A stretch of DNA of 64,000 nucleotides. Source: Candidatus Latescibacterota bacterium (GTDB lineage Bacteria; Latescibacterota; UBA2968; GCA-2709665). Positions 1-8,674 of this stretch are shown here, piece by piece. Positions within the stretch are counted from its first letter, which is position 1; the number at the start of each line of letters is the position of its first letter. The notes beneath the pieces were generated by a model. The model was given only the letters and a program-made list of their open reading frames with translations, had not been told where the DNA came from and did no database searches. The DNA is taken from assembly GCA_965237675.1 (NCBI GenBank), contig OZ250150.1:544001-608000 (forward strand). The letters run 5' to 3'. The translations under genes were made by a program, and so were the position numbers.

Positions 1-186
1 CTGGAACCTCACGCCGCTGAGGGTGGCTTCGCTCAGGTCGGAGTATTCGAGTCTGGCATCCTGGAGTTCCGCGCGATTCAGGTTCACGCCGGACAGTTCG
101 GCCCGTTCTCCTGTTGTTCCTCCGGAATCGATCCAGGCACGGTGCCGGTCTATGACAAGCCGCAGTTCAGAGGGCGACATGGACAT
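1..186 (-). CDS. Pentapeptide-repeat protein, N-terminus (runs off left edge)
   Basis: Manual translation from ATG at 186: MSMSPSELRLVIDRHRAWIDSGGTTGERAELSGVNLNRAELQDARLEYSDLSEATLSGVRFQ; A(D/E/N)LxxA 5-residue periodicity. Confidence 0.75.
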   Translation of the reverse strand, partial: MSMSPSELRLVIDRHRAWIDSGGTTGERAELSGVNLNRAELQDARLEYSDLSEATLSGVRFQ

Positions 187-397
187 GTCGAAATCCCATA
201 CGTGTCTTTAAAGTAGGTGATATTCGGTGAAACGGCACTGCCGTGTCGGGATTGTTAGCAGGAAACCGGCCGCTATTTGCCTGGTTTTGAGTGAAAACGG
301 CGCGCATCCCATGCGCTGTTCGCGTTGCTGCGCCCAACATCCGCATTCCTTCGATGACGTGTCTTTCCCGCACACGGCACTCACTGTTTCCAGCGAA

Positions 398-967
398 TCA
401 CGCCTGTCTCACGGTGTGAATGTCAGATTCGGAGATGATCAGGTCCAGTGAGATATCGCAAGGGTCTGTCGGCAGACGATCGAAAATTTGGAAGTCGTAA
501 GCCAGGCCGATTTTGAAAGCTGGCGTCAGTGAAAGGAAACGGTCGTAGTACCCGACACCGAAGCCGATACGGTTTCCGGCGTGGTCAAAGGCCAGACCGG
601 GAACGAGAACGAGGTCAAGGGTGTCCGGTGAAACCTCGGTACCCGCCTCACCGACCGGTTCCAGCAAACCCAAGACCGACGGCTTGAGGTCAGCCAGTGT
701 ACGAATTTCCTTGTGGATTAGCATGTGGCTCTGCTTTGCAACAGGCACCGCGACCCGCTTGCCACTATCGAGAGCAGAGTCAATGAGGGTACACGTGTCG
801 ACTTCGTTCTTGACCGAGACATAGCTCCCCATGCATCCGGCGCGGTGGTAGATTTCCAGGGCCGTCAGGCGCGCGATGATGTGTTCGCTCCTGGTGCGGA
901 CTTCTGCGGGTGACAGTTCCGACCGTCGTTTCTTCATGGTGTTTCGAATTTGCATTTTGGATAGCAT
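398..967 (-). CDS. ygfA: 5-formyltetrahydrofolate cyclo-ligase
   Basis: DLVLVPGLAFDHAGNRIGFGVGYYDR motif; start moved to ATG 967 because the TTG at 1042 is the -35 box. Confidence 0.92.
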   Translation of the reverse strand: MLSKMQIRNTMKKRRSELSPAEVRTRSEHIIARLTALEIYHRAGCMGSYVSVKNEVDTCTLIDSALDSGKRVAVPVAKQSHMLIHKEIRTLADLKPSVLGLLEPVGEAGTEVSPDTLDLVLVPGLAFDHAGNRIGFGVGYYDRFLSLTPAFKIGLAYDFQIFDRLPTDPCDISLDLIISESDIHTVRQA

Positions 968-1013
968 CAGGGCCGTTCCCACTCTTGGCTTTCCTGCGAC
1001 GTCGGAATTCATA

Positions 1014-1042
1014 ACTATACCGGGAGTATGGCGGGTTGTCAA
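1014..1042 (-). promoter_or_regulatory. Sigma70-type promoter for ygfA
   Basis: TTGACA-17 nt-TATAGT on the minus strand. Confidence 0.7.
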
Positions 1043-1109
1043 GGCGGGAGCGCATTACCAGCCTGGTATTGCCGGTCGGGGACTGGCGCGGTCAGACGGA
1101 AAAGTTCGC

Positions 1110-1138
1110 TTGACTTTGACTGTGCGGACTTTTAAATT
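1110..1138 (+). promoter_or_regulatory. Sigma70-type promoter for uppS operon
   Basis: TTGACT-17 nt-TAAATT, about 50 nt upstream of uppS and divergent from the ygfA promoter. Confidence 0.55.
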
Positions 1139-1188
1139 TACAAGTGCCGATTTTTTAAGGTAATAATGGCAAATCCTGAGAGGAAATC

Positions 1189-2004
1189 ATGGATCGCCAC
1201 GATGTGGAAATTCAGAACAAATTGAAGGCGGAAGACAACCTGCCCCGGCATGTCGCCATAATAATGGACGGGAACGGTCGCTGGGCACAAAAGCATGGCC
1301 TTGGCAGAACCCAGGGACACCGTGCCGCACGAAATGTCGTGCGCGATGTCGTGCGGGCTTGTGGCGAACTGGAAATAGATATTCTCACTCTGTTTGCATT
1401 CGGGACGGATAATTGGCGTCGCCCCTGGACGGAAGTCCTTTCTTTGATGCAATTGTTGCGCGACGTTGCGGTTGAAGAACTGAAAGAACTCCAGGAAAAA
1501 AACGTGCGCTTGATTGCCACCGGAGATACGGACCGCCTGGCCAGGCAGGCGCGGCAGGCCATGCGATATGCCATGTTTACGACAGCGGGAAATACCGGGC
1601 TAAAGTTGAATCTGGCGATGAGTTACGATGGCCGCAACGACATTCTTCAGGCCGTCAGACGGATTGCCTCCGCGGTGGAACAAGGAAAAATAGGCAGCGG
1701 TGGGATCGACGAAAAGCTGTTTTCGAGGATGCTTTACACCGCCGAATTGCCCGATCCAGACTTACTGATCCGCACCAGCGGAGAGGTGCGTCTGAGTAAT
1801 TTTATGCTGTGGCAATGTGCGTACACGGAGTTCTGGTTCACGCCGGTCTTGTGGCCCGATTTCAGGCGCGAACATTTATACGAAGCCATTCAGGCGTATC
1901 AGTCCAGAGAGCGCCGTTTCGGTAAAACCAGCGCGCAGGTACGGTCCTCGGCCGTGGTCGCCGGGAACGGGGTTGTGAAGCGGATGGGTGCGGCGACGGG
2001 ATGA
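1189..2004 (+). CDS. uppS: Undecaprenyl diphosphate synthase (cis-prenyltransferase)
   Basis: PRHVAIIMDGNGRWA, DPDLLIRTSGEVRLSNF, RERRFG; uppS-cdsA-dxr-rseP order. Confidence 0.95.
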   Translation: MDRHDVEIQNKLKAEDNLPRHVAIIMDGNGRWAQKHGLGRTQGHRAARNVVRDVVRACGELEIDILTLFAFGTDNWRRPWTEVLSLMQLLRDVAVEELKELQEKNVRLIATGDTDRLARQARQAMRYAMFTTAGNTGLKLNLAMSYDGRNDILQAVRRIASAVEQGKIGSGGIDEKLFSRMLYTAELPDPDLLIRTSGEVRLSNFMLWQCAYTEFWFTPVLWPDFRREHLYEAIQAYQSRERRFGKTSAQVRSSAVVAGNGVVKRMGAATG

Positions 2005-2884
2005 AAACTCAAGTATCCGGCTTCACTCCTATTCGCGATTCCGTCATGTAGGGTTGGCTTTGTCGGTACAATCAAATCTGCTTCACCGGATCTTAGCGTC
2101 GGCGGTCTTCGGGCCGCTTTTTCTGGTTCTGTTTTGGGTTGGTGGAATACCGCTCCTGGTTGGCGTGTGCCTGGTGGCAGCATGTGGGACGTGGGAGTAC
2201 TGCCTGATGCAGAAAAAGCGGGGGCTGCATCCATGGACGGAGGTCGGGGTTGTGGCCTCGTTGGTCTGGTGCCTGTGGTTGAATTATTTCGGAGAGCGAT
2301 TCTGGTTGTTTCCTGCCACGGTGAATCTGCTTGTACTGCTAACCCTTGCACTGACTCGCAGGGATGGCCGATTTCGGCTGGCCGATGCCGAGACGACCTT
2401 TGTCGGTGCGTGCTATATCGGATTGCTGTCCGCCTTTGCACTGCTGGTACGGAACTATGCCGGATTTGAGGCGGCCGAAACCGGCGCCGCGGGGTTTGCG
2501 GTTGTGGTAATACTGGGGATCTGGGGCGCGGATATTCTGGCCTATTTTGCGGGGCGTTTCTGGGGGAAGCGGCATCCTTTCCCGCACATCAGTCCGGGTA
2601 AGACGGGGGCCGGTTTCGTTGGCGGAATTGTTGGGGCGGTGACGGTTATGTGTGCCGGTGGCCACATCCTGAAGTTATACGCTCTCCCGGCGGGTATCGC
2701 GCTGGGGATGGTGGTTGGCGTTAGCGCTATTTGGGGAGATTTGGTCGAATCGATGATGAAACGGAACGCGGGGGTTAAAGATGCTTCCGCTCTGATTCCC
2801 GGGCACGGTGGCGTGCTGGACCGATTCGATAGTTTTCTGTTTGTGTATCCCATGGTGTATCTTTACCTCCGCGTGTTTCATTAG
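1988..2884 (+). CDS. cdsA: Phosphatidate cytidylyltransferase (true start probably TTG near 2054-2060)
   Basis: ISPGKT, GDLVESMMKRNAGVKD, IPGHGGVLDRFDS; multiple TM segments. Confidence 0.93.
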   Translation: MRRRDENSSIRLHSYSRFRHVGLALSVQSNLLHRILASAVFGPLFLVLFWVGGIPLLVGVCLVAACGTWEYCLMQKKRGLHPWTEVGVVASLVWCLWLNYFGERFWLFPATVNLLVLLTLALTRRDGRFRLADAETTFVGACYIGLLSAFALLVRNYAGFEAAETGAAGFAVVVILGIWGADILAYFAGRFWGKRHPFPHISPGKTGAGFVGGIVGAVTVMCAGGHILKLYALPAGIALGMVVGVSAIWGDLVESMMKRNAGVKDASALIPGHGGVLDRFDSFLFVYPMVYLYLRVFH

Positions 2885-2940
2885 GCCTCCGCACATTCCA
2901 GAATGCGGCAGTTAAATTCACCCGTTGACATAAACGGGAT

Positions 2941-4104
2941 ATGTGTATGAAGCGGGTTGCGCTGCTTGGGTCGACGGGATCAATCGGAACGAATACGCTG
3001 GACGTTCTGGCCGGTCTGCCCGACCGGTTCGAAGTGGAATGCCTCAGCGCCGGACGCAATATCGATCTGCTCTGTGAGCAGGTGACGCGTTTCCGGCCGA
3101 AACGGGTCTGTGTGGGAGAAGAAAACGCGCAGAACGCCGGCAAAAGGCGTGAGTTGCAGGGTGTTGAGGTGTTACACGGTCCGGACGGACTCCTCGCGTT
3201 GGCGACGGATTCGGAAGTGGATCTGGTCATCAACGGGCTGGTGGCGGGGGTCGGACTGCGGCCAACCCTGGCGGCGGTTGAGGCAGGCAAGGACGTCGCC
3301 ATCGCGAATAAAGAAACATTGGTCGTAGCGGGGCACCTTGTAACAGATCTTGCGGCGCGGAACGGCGTGCGGTTGATTCCACTTGATAGCGAGCTGACAC
3401 CTTTGTGGCAGAGCCTGCAGGAAGTCCCGTCCCGGCACGTGACGCGCATCGTGCTTTCCGCCTCAGGAGGTCCGTTTTTCCAGATGTCGTTGGACGAAAT
3501 GGCCCGCGCGACACCAGACGAGGCCCTCCGTCATCCGACGTGGCGGATGGGTCCGAAGATCACGATCGATTCGGCCACGTTGATGAACAAGGGTTTTGAG
3601 GTGATTGAGTCCCGCTGGTTTCTCGGGCTCGACATCGAACAGATCGATGTCGTGATCCACCGGCAGTCGATCGTGCATTGTCTGGTTGAGTATCTGGATG
3701 GAAGCCTGACCGCGCATTTGAGCCGCCCCGATATGCGGTTGCCCATTCAGCAGGCGTTGACCCATCCGGATCGGCTGCCGACCGCCGTCCCGCCGCTGGA
3801 CCTTTTGGCCACGGGTTCGTTGAGCTTCCATGCGCCGGACCTGGAGCGATTTCCCTGCCTTGCGCTTGCGTATGAAGTCGGGCGTGCGGGAGGTACGGCG
3901 CCGGCAGTACTGAACGCGGCCAACGAGATTGGTGTCTATTCCTTTCTGGAAGGTCGCATCGCGTTTCTGGATGTACCGGATGTCGTACGCCGGACCCTCG
4001 ATGCGCATGTCAACGCATCCGGCTCGAATCTCGAGGCGGTGTTTGAAGCGGACCGATGGGGGCGAGAAAAGGCAAGGGAGATTGTCACACGGCTGGCAAG
4101 ATAG
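2941..4104 (+). CDS. dxr: 1-deoxy-D-xylulose-5-phosphate reductoisomerase
   Basis: LGSTGSIG, IANKE, HPTWRMGPKITIDSATLMNKGFEVIE, NAANE. Confidence 0.96.
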   Translation: MCMKRVALLGSTGSIGTNTLDVLAGLPDRFEVECLSAGRNIDLLCEQVTRFRPKRVCVGEENAQNAGKRRELQGVEVLHGPDGLLALATDSEVDLVINGLVAGVGLRPTLAAVEAGKDVAIANKETLVVAGHLVTDLAARNGVRLIPLDSELTPLWQSLQEVPSRHVTRIVLSASGGPFFQMSLDEMARATPDEALRHPTWRMGPKITIDSATLMNKGFEVIESRWFLGLDIEQIDVVIHRQSIVHCLVEYLDGSLTAHLSRPDMRLPIQQALTHPDRLPTAVPPLDLLATGSLSFHAPDLERFPCLALAYEVGRAGGTAPAVLNAANEIGVYSFLEGRIAFLDVPDVVRRTLDAHVNASGSNLEAVFEADRWGREKAREIVTRLAR

Positions 4105-4219
4105 CCCGAAGCACCGCGCCGGAACCGGAGAGTCGCGTGAATAGACAACCCGTGCTTTCTCGGTCCCTGTAAACCCTCCGACCCGTCCGGCCTGAGGATC
4201 GAGGGATTCCTGACAGGAG

Positions 4220-5536
4220 TTGAGCGCTTTGGAATTTCTGGAAACGGTCTTTTATTTCATTTTCGTTTTAGGAGTACTGGTCTTTGTGCACGAATTCGGT
4301 CATTTCGTTGTCGCCAAAAAGTCGGGTATTCGCGTGGAACAGTTCTCACTGGGATTTCCGCCCAAGGCGTTTGGGATAACGGTCGGCGAGACGGAGTATT
4401 GCATTTCCTGGCTGCCCCTCGGTGGATACGTAAAGGTGGCGGGAATGTCGGATTTTGGCAGTGCGGAGGTCAAGCGAGAGCCGTGGGAATTTCAGTCGAA
4501 ACCCAGGGTAATTCAGATGGCGGTCATGGTATCAGGTCCCATAATGAATTTCCTGCTCGGTTTCCTGCTCATTTTGGGGTTGCGCCTCACGTTGGGGGAC
4601 TATGTCCTGCAGACGACGAAGGTAGGTCGAATTGAGGCAACCTCTCCGTTTTACGGGGCGGGTTTACGGACGGATGACCGCATCCTCGCGGTTAACGGGA
4701 ACCGGGTGGAGAGCTGGGACGGGCTGATCGAGGCATTCAACGTGAGCGGCGCCCGGGACGTGGCTCTGGACGTGGCTCGTGGCGACGATGTGTTATCCCT
4801 TGTAACAACGCTCGATCCCGGACAGGAGTTGGGCTTCGATCCTTTCCTTCCTCCTACTGCCGGATCGGTGATGCCGGGGTACCCGGCAGGGAAAGCGGGG
4901 ATGGAGCCCGGAGACAGGGTGCTAACGGTCGCAGGTGAATCCGTAAGCCAGTGGGAGGAGATGCGAAAGAAGATTTCCGCAAGGCCGGGGCAGGAGACCG
5001 AGATCCGGTGGATGCGCGGCGAAGAGGAGATGGCAGTGCGACTCGTGCCTCAGCCACAACGGGGCGAGGGGCGAACCATCGGTGTGATTGGCATCGGCCC
5101 GTCCTACGAGCCCAGCGCGCGGGTGCCGGTGAGTCTGACCACCGCCATACTGCACAGTGGGCGGGACCTTGTGGGTTATACGACGCTTATTTTCATGGTC
5201 ATCAAACGCCTGATCCTTGGCGAGATGTCGGGAGGCATGCTTGCGGGTCCGATAGGAATCGCGCAGATGGCGGGGAGTAAGGCGCGCGAGGGTTGGGAAG
5301 CGCTGATCGATTTTATGGCGATGCTGAGTATTAACCTCGCCGTCTTGAACCTGTTACCGATTCCAGCGCTGGACGGGGGCCATCTGATGATCTTGAGCGT
5401 AGAGGCCATTTCACGACGATCGCTTTCCACGCGGCAGAAAGAGAGGCTCCAGCAGGTTGGGTTTGTATTCTTGCTGGGTCTGATGGTCTATGTGACGTTT
5501 GGGGATATTAGCCGTATCTCGGGGTGGTTCTATTGA
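4220..5536 (+). CDS. rseP: RIP metalloprotease RseP
   Basis: HEFGH, two PDZ-like segments, NLLPIPALDGG. Confidence 0.95.
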   Translation: MSALEFLETVFYFIFVLGVLVFVHEFGHFVVAKKSGIRVEQFSLGFPPKAFGITVGETEYCISWLPLGGYVKVAGMSDFGSAEVKREPWEFQSKPRVIQMAVMVSGPIMNFLLGFLLILGLRLTLGDYVLQTTKVGRIEATSPFYGAGLRTDDRILAVNGNRVESWDGLIEAFNVSGARDVALDVARGDDVLSLVTTLDPGQELGFDPFLPPTAGSVMPGYPAGKAGMEPGDRVLTVAGESVSQWEEMRKKISARPGQETEIRWMRGEEEMAVRLVPQPQRGEGRTIGVIGIGPSYEPSARVPVSLTTAILHSGRDLVGYTTLIFMVIKRLILGEMSGGMLAGPIGIAQMAGSKAREGWEALIDFMAMLSINLAVLNLLPIPALDGGHLMILSVEAISRRSLSTRQKERLQQVGFVFLLGLMVYVTFGDISRISGWFY

Positions 5537-5739
5537 TCCGGATGAAAGCGCATCCCCCATTGGAAAGAACACGCGAACGAGGCAAAACTGTCACCTGGAT
5601 CACTATCCAGTCAATTTGCAGGGTGACAACGCCTGGTACGTTCCACTCGGATGTCCCAATAAGCCGGCGTGCCCGGGCCAGAACTGAGTCGGGGAAATCG
5701 GGTGGGCGTCAGAATTAAGAATCTGTTCCAGCATCACCG

Positions 5740-5781
5740 AAAAATGAAGGCGGGTTTTCGAACCCGCCTTCATTTTTTTTT
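5740..5781. terminator. Bidirectional intrinsic terminator
   Basis: AAAAATGAAGGCGGGTT-TTCG-AACCCGCCTTCATTTTT perfect stem between convergent genes. Confidence 0.85.
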
Positions 5782-6129
5782 GGGGGCTTGGTGCTTGCCA
5801 TTGTTGTCTCTCTTCGTGGCCTCTTTCCAGCGAACGAAAACGCTATCCGCTTCGAGGGTTTCCGTGATTCGCCCTGTCAGGATCTCCAGTGCTTCGGGAT
5901 TCGTCTTCCAGGTTGCGATTAACTGTTCGAGATCTTTCTCTGTGAACCGTCCTCGCAGCACGGCTCTTCGCTTGATGGCCAGACTATCGGGATGTTCCGC
6001 ATAGCGATGATGGAGGCGGATGACTTCGAGAACAACGGTTTCCAGTTGTCGTTCGTTGGGTCCGGATCCGTTCCGGGCGGTACAGGCCAGCAGGCCGCAG
6101 AACAGGACGGCAAAGAGTGTCGGTTTCAT
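5770..6129 (-). CDS. Hypothetical lipoprotein
   Basis: MKPTLFAVLFCGLLAC signal peptide with lipobox; helical C-terminus; ends in the terminator. Confidence 0.6.
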   Translation of the reverse strand: MKPTLFAVLFCGLLACTARNGSGPNERQLETVVLEVIRLHHRYAEHPDSLAIKRRAVLRGRFTEKDLEQLIATWKTNPEALEILTGRITETLEADSVFVRWKEATKRDNNGKHQAPKKK

Positions 6130-6228
6130 CGTCAAAAAGATATCCGGGCACGACCAATGGGTCAAGGCAAAACAATTCGCCTCTAAACTGCCGGTAGGCA
6201 CATGGGAGTATGAGGATCCACACCGTCG

Positions 6229-6385
6229 AGTGTTCTGTCCCGGAAATAGATTGCCGAAATTCGGCCGAAGACTCGCCCGGATGGCAAGGCGCCTGCGACC
6301 TGCCGAAGGTCTGCGAGCGAAGGGAACGCAGAGAGACGGGATGAACCGGGCGAAGAATGGTGACATATTTCTGGGACAGGACACT
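6229..6385. mobile_element. MITE family A, full copy
   Basis: TIRs AGTGTTCTGTCCCGGAAATA / TATTTCTGGGACAGGACACT; homologous copies at 26661, 55508 and 60960. Confidence 0.85.
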
Positions 6386-6579
6386 CGTTCGCCCTCACGT
6401 TTCGTCGGTCCGCCGTGCCGGTGGAACGGCCGCCCTTATACAATATCTGGTGTTTTTTTTTCATGTTACTTTCGATACCCACCACATTTTCCCTCGAGGA
6501 CGGGTTGCGCCATGCATGTGCACTCATGGTCACTGGGTTGTTTTTTTAAAGATAAGGCGAAAAATCGATTAGAAATCCC

Positions 6580-6636
6580 TTGACTTTTGTATAAGCAAGC
6601 CCTACTGTTGGTGGTGGAAAGTGGTGGAAAGTGGTG
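6580..6636 (+). promoter_or_regulatory. dcw promoter with MraZ-binding direct repeats
   Basis: TTGACT-17 nt-TACTGT followed by GTGGTGGAAA GTGGTGGAAA GTGGTG (10-bp-period GTGG boxes typical of MraZ operators). Confidence 0.8.
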
Positions 6637-6685
6637 CATTAGGGAGAATCTGAATAAACCAGTGAAGCAATCGCTCAGCACGACG

Positions 6686-6714
6686 AGCCCCGACCCGTTA
6701 GTCGGGGCTTTTCT
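6686..6714 (+). terminator. Terminator-like hairpin in the mraZ leader
   Basis: AGCCCCGAC-ccgtta-GTCGGGGCT-TTTCT. Confidence 0.5.
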
Positions 6715-6808
6715 CCCGACTCACGGCTTGGCCATGGCGAATTTCGAATTCACCTACCGCGCGTAGGTTCCGGCGCCACGTGTCACCTGTATCCCCCGAG
6801 TCGCTCGT

Positions 6809-7264
6809 ATGCCAGACGAAACGCCACTGTTCATCGGAGAATTTGAGGATATTCCCGTCGATACCAAGGGTCGGCTGATTGTCCCCGCCGCCATTCGCCG
6901 GGAATTGCCCACACATGTCACTTCGCTCGTTATTGCCAGGTGGTTCGACGGCTGCCTGGCCGGGTTTGATCCGGTGGGTTGGCGGCAGGTCTTGCAGCAG
7001 ATTAAGGACGGGAACCATAAAGGAAGGGTGAAGCGCCAGATCGCCCGTTGGGTTATGGGGGGAGCGGCGGAGACGAGAATCGACCGGCAGGGACGTCTCT
7101 TGGTTCCACGAAAGCTGCTTGAAATATCGGAAATTACGGATCGCGCGACACTCATCGGCGTGGGCAACCGGATAGAGATCTGGAATCCGGAACAATACGG
7201 CGCTGATATGAGCGATGCCGTCCAGAAGTTGGAAGATTTCGCGGAAGATCTGGATATTCTCTAA
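6809..7264 (+). CDS. mraZ: Transcriptional regulator MraZ
   Basis: Two DxKGRL / DRQGRL repeats, IGVGNRIEIW; first gene of dcw. Confidence 0.95.
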   Translation: MPDETPLFIGEFEDIPVDTKGRLIVPAAIRRELPTHVTSLVIARWFDGCLAGFDPVGWRQVLQQIKDGNHKGRVKRQIARWVMGGAAETRIDRQGRLLVPRKLLEISEITDRATLIGVGNRIEIWNPEQYGADMSDAVQKLEDFAEDLDIL

Positions 7265-7371
7265 GTCACTGGGGCCGGGAGCGCCACAATTCTATTTCTT
7301 TATTGAATTGTGTGGAGGTGCGGGGAGTTTGCGCGAAATGAATTACGCAATATTTATTCAAGAAAACAACG

Positions 7372-8307
7372 ATGTACGGGGCCGAGGAATTTCATACGCC
7401 GGTAATGGGGTGGGAAACGGCCCACCGGGTGGTAAACGACCCGAACGGTGTGTACATCGATGGGACGGTGGGTGGTGGCGGCCATGCTGAATATCTGCTG
7501 GCGCGGATGGGCCCGCAAGGACGACTGATCGGGATAGATCGAGATCCGGAGGCGGTTGAGACCGCTACCAATCGCCTGTGTCGATTCCACCATCGGGTGG
7601 AAATAATCGAGACGCCTTTCTGGGAACTGCCGCGGGTCTTGGATAACCTGGGGGTCGTACGGATATCGGGAGCGCTCTTCGACCTGGGCGTTTCTTCACA
7701 TCAAATCGACGAAGCCTCCCGGGGCTTCAGCTATCTCCGAAACGGGCCTCTGGATATGCGAATGGGGCCGGACGCCCTTCGGACTGCACGCGAGGTCGTG
7801 AACGCCTACTCCCTGGAGAAGCTGACGCGAATTTTCAAACAATTCGGAGAAGAGCGTGCGGCCGGCCGGATCGCCCGAGCAATCTGCCGTCGGCGGATCC
7901 GGAAGCCGCTGGAAGTTACGTCTGAATTGGCCGCTCTGATTGCGGAAACCGCGCGGGGACCACAAACCCAAAAGACTGTGGCCAGAATCTTTCAGTCGAT
8001 TCGGATCGAAGTCAACAGCGAGTTGGAGCGGCTCCGTGAAACCCTTGAGTGCACGATCGAAATGTTGGCGGGGGGCGGACGAATTGGAATTCTGTCGTAT
8101 CACTCGCTTGAAGACCGGATTGTGAAGAGGGCTTTTCGGTCGGCTGCACTGGATTGCGTTTGCCCGCCGAATCTCCCCATATGCGGATGTGAACAAGTCG
8201 CGCAAGTGCGCGTCCTGACACCCGGAGGCATTCGGCCGGGGTCGGACGAGCGACAACGAAACCCGCGAGCCAGAAGTGCTACGCTGCGGGTGGCAGAGAA
8301 ATTGTGA
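7372..8307 (+). CDS. rsmH: 16S rRNA m4C1402 methyltransferase
   Basis: HTPVM, DGTVGGGGH, DLGVSSHQID, SYHSLEDR, NPRARSATLR. Confidence 0.96.
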   Translation: MYGAEEFHTPVMGWETAHRVVNDPNGVYIDGTVGGGGHAEYLLARMGPQGRLIGIDRDPEAVETATNRLCRFHHRVEIIETPFWELPRVLDNLGVVRISGALFDLGVSSHQIDEASRGFSYLRNGPLDMRMGPDALRTAREVVNAYSLEKLTRIFKQFGEERAAGRIARAICRRRIRKPLEVTSELAALIAETARGPQTQKTVARIFQSIRIEVNSELERLRETLECTIEMLAGGGRIGILSYHSLEDRIVKRAFRSAALDCVCPPNLPICGCEQVAQVRVLTPGGIRPGSDERQRNPRARSATLRVAEKL

Positions 8308-8338
8308 AGTCGAGTGCCGGGAGTGAGAAAGAACGCTT

Positions 8339-8671
8339 ATGAATGGCAATTCCCAGGTGAAGACGTCGGGTGGGTATCGATACGTACTCTTGACTGTGGC
8401 GCTGGTGGTTCTGGGTCTGTTGGGTTATCTGTGGGCACAGGCGCAGACCGTGCAGCAGGGTGACGAGATTGCACGGCTTCGAACCGAGCACCAGCAATTG
8501 CTTCACCAGCAAGAGCGCCTCCGTGCAGAGATCTCGGGACTCCGCAGAAGCAGTCGAATCCGTGAGATCGCTTCAAATAGACTTGGGATGGTGTTTCCAC
8601 AGGGTCCGCCTAAAAACCTGTACCTGGATATGCAACCCGACCGCCATGGTCTTTCCGGGCGCAAGAACTGA
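8339..8671 (+). CDS. ftsL: Cell division protein FtsL
   Basis: Single TM plus coiled coil ending in RIREIASNRLGM; lies between rsmH and ftsI. Confidence 0.8.
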   Translation: MNGNSQVKTSGGYRYVLLTVALVVLGLLGYLWAQAQTVQQGDEIARLRTEHQQLLHQQERLRAEISGLRRSSRIREIASNRLGMVFPQGPPKNLYLDMQPDRHGLSGRKN

Positions 8672-8674
8672 ACC

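Noticed and set aside
968-1188. 6S RNA upstream of ygfA
   Set aside because: The interval is explained by two divergent promoters and is too short for a ~180-nt rod between promoter and ygfA.
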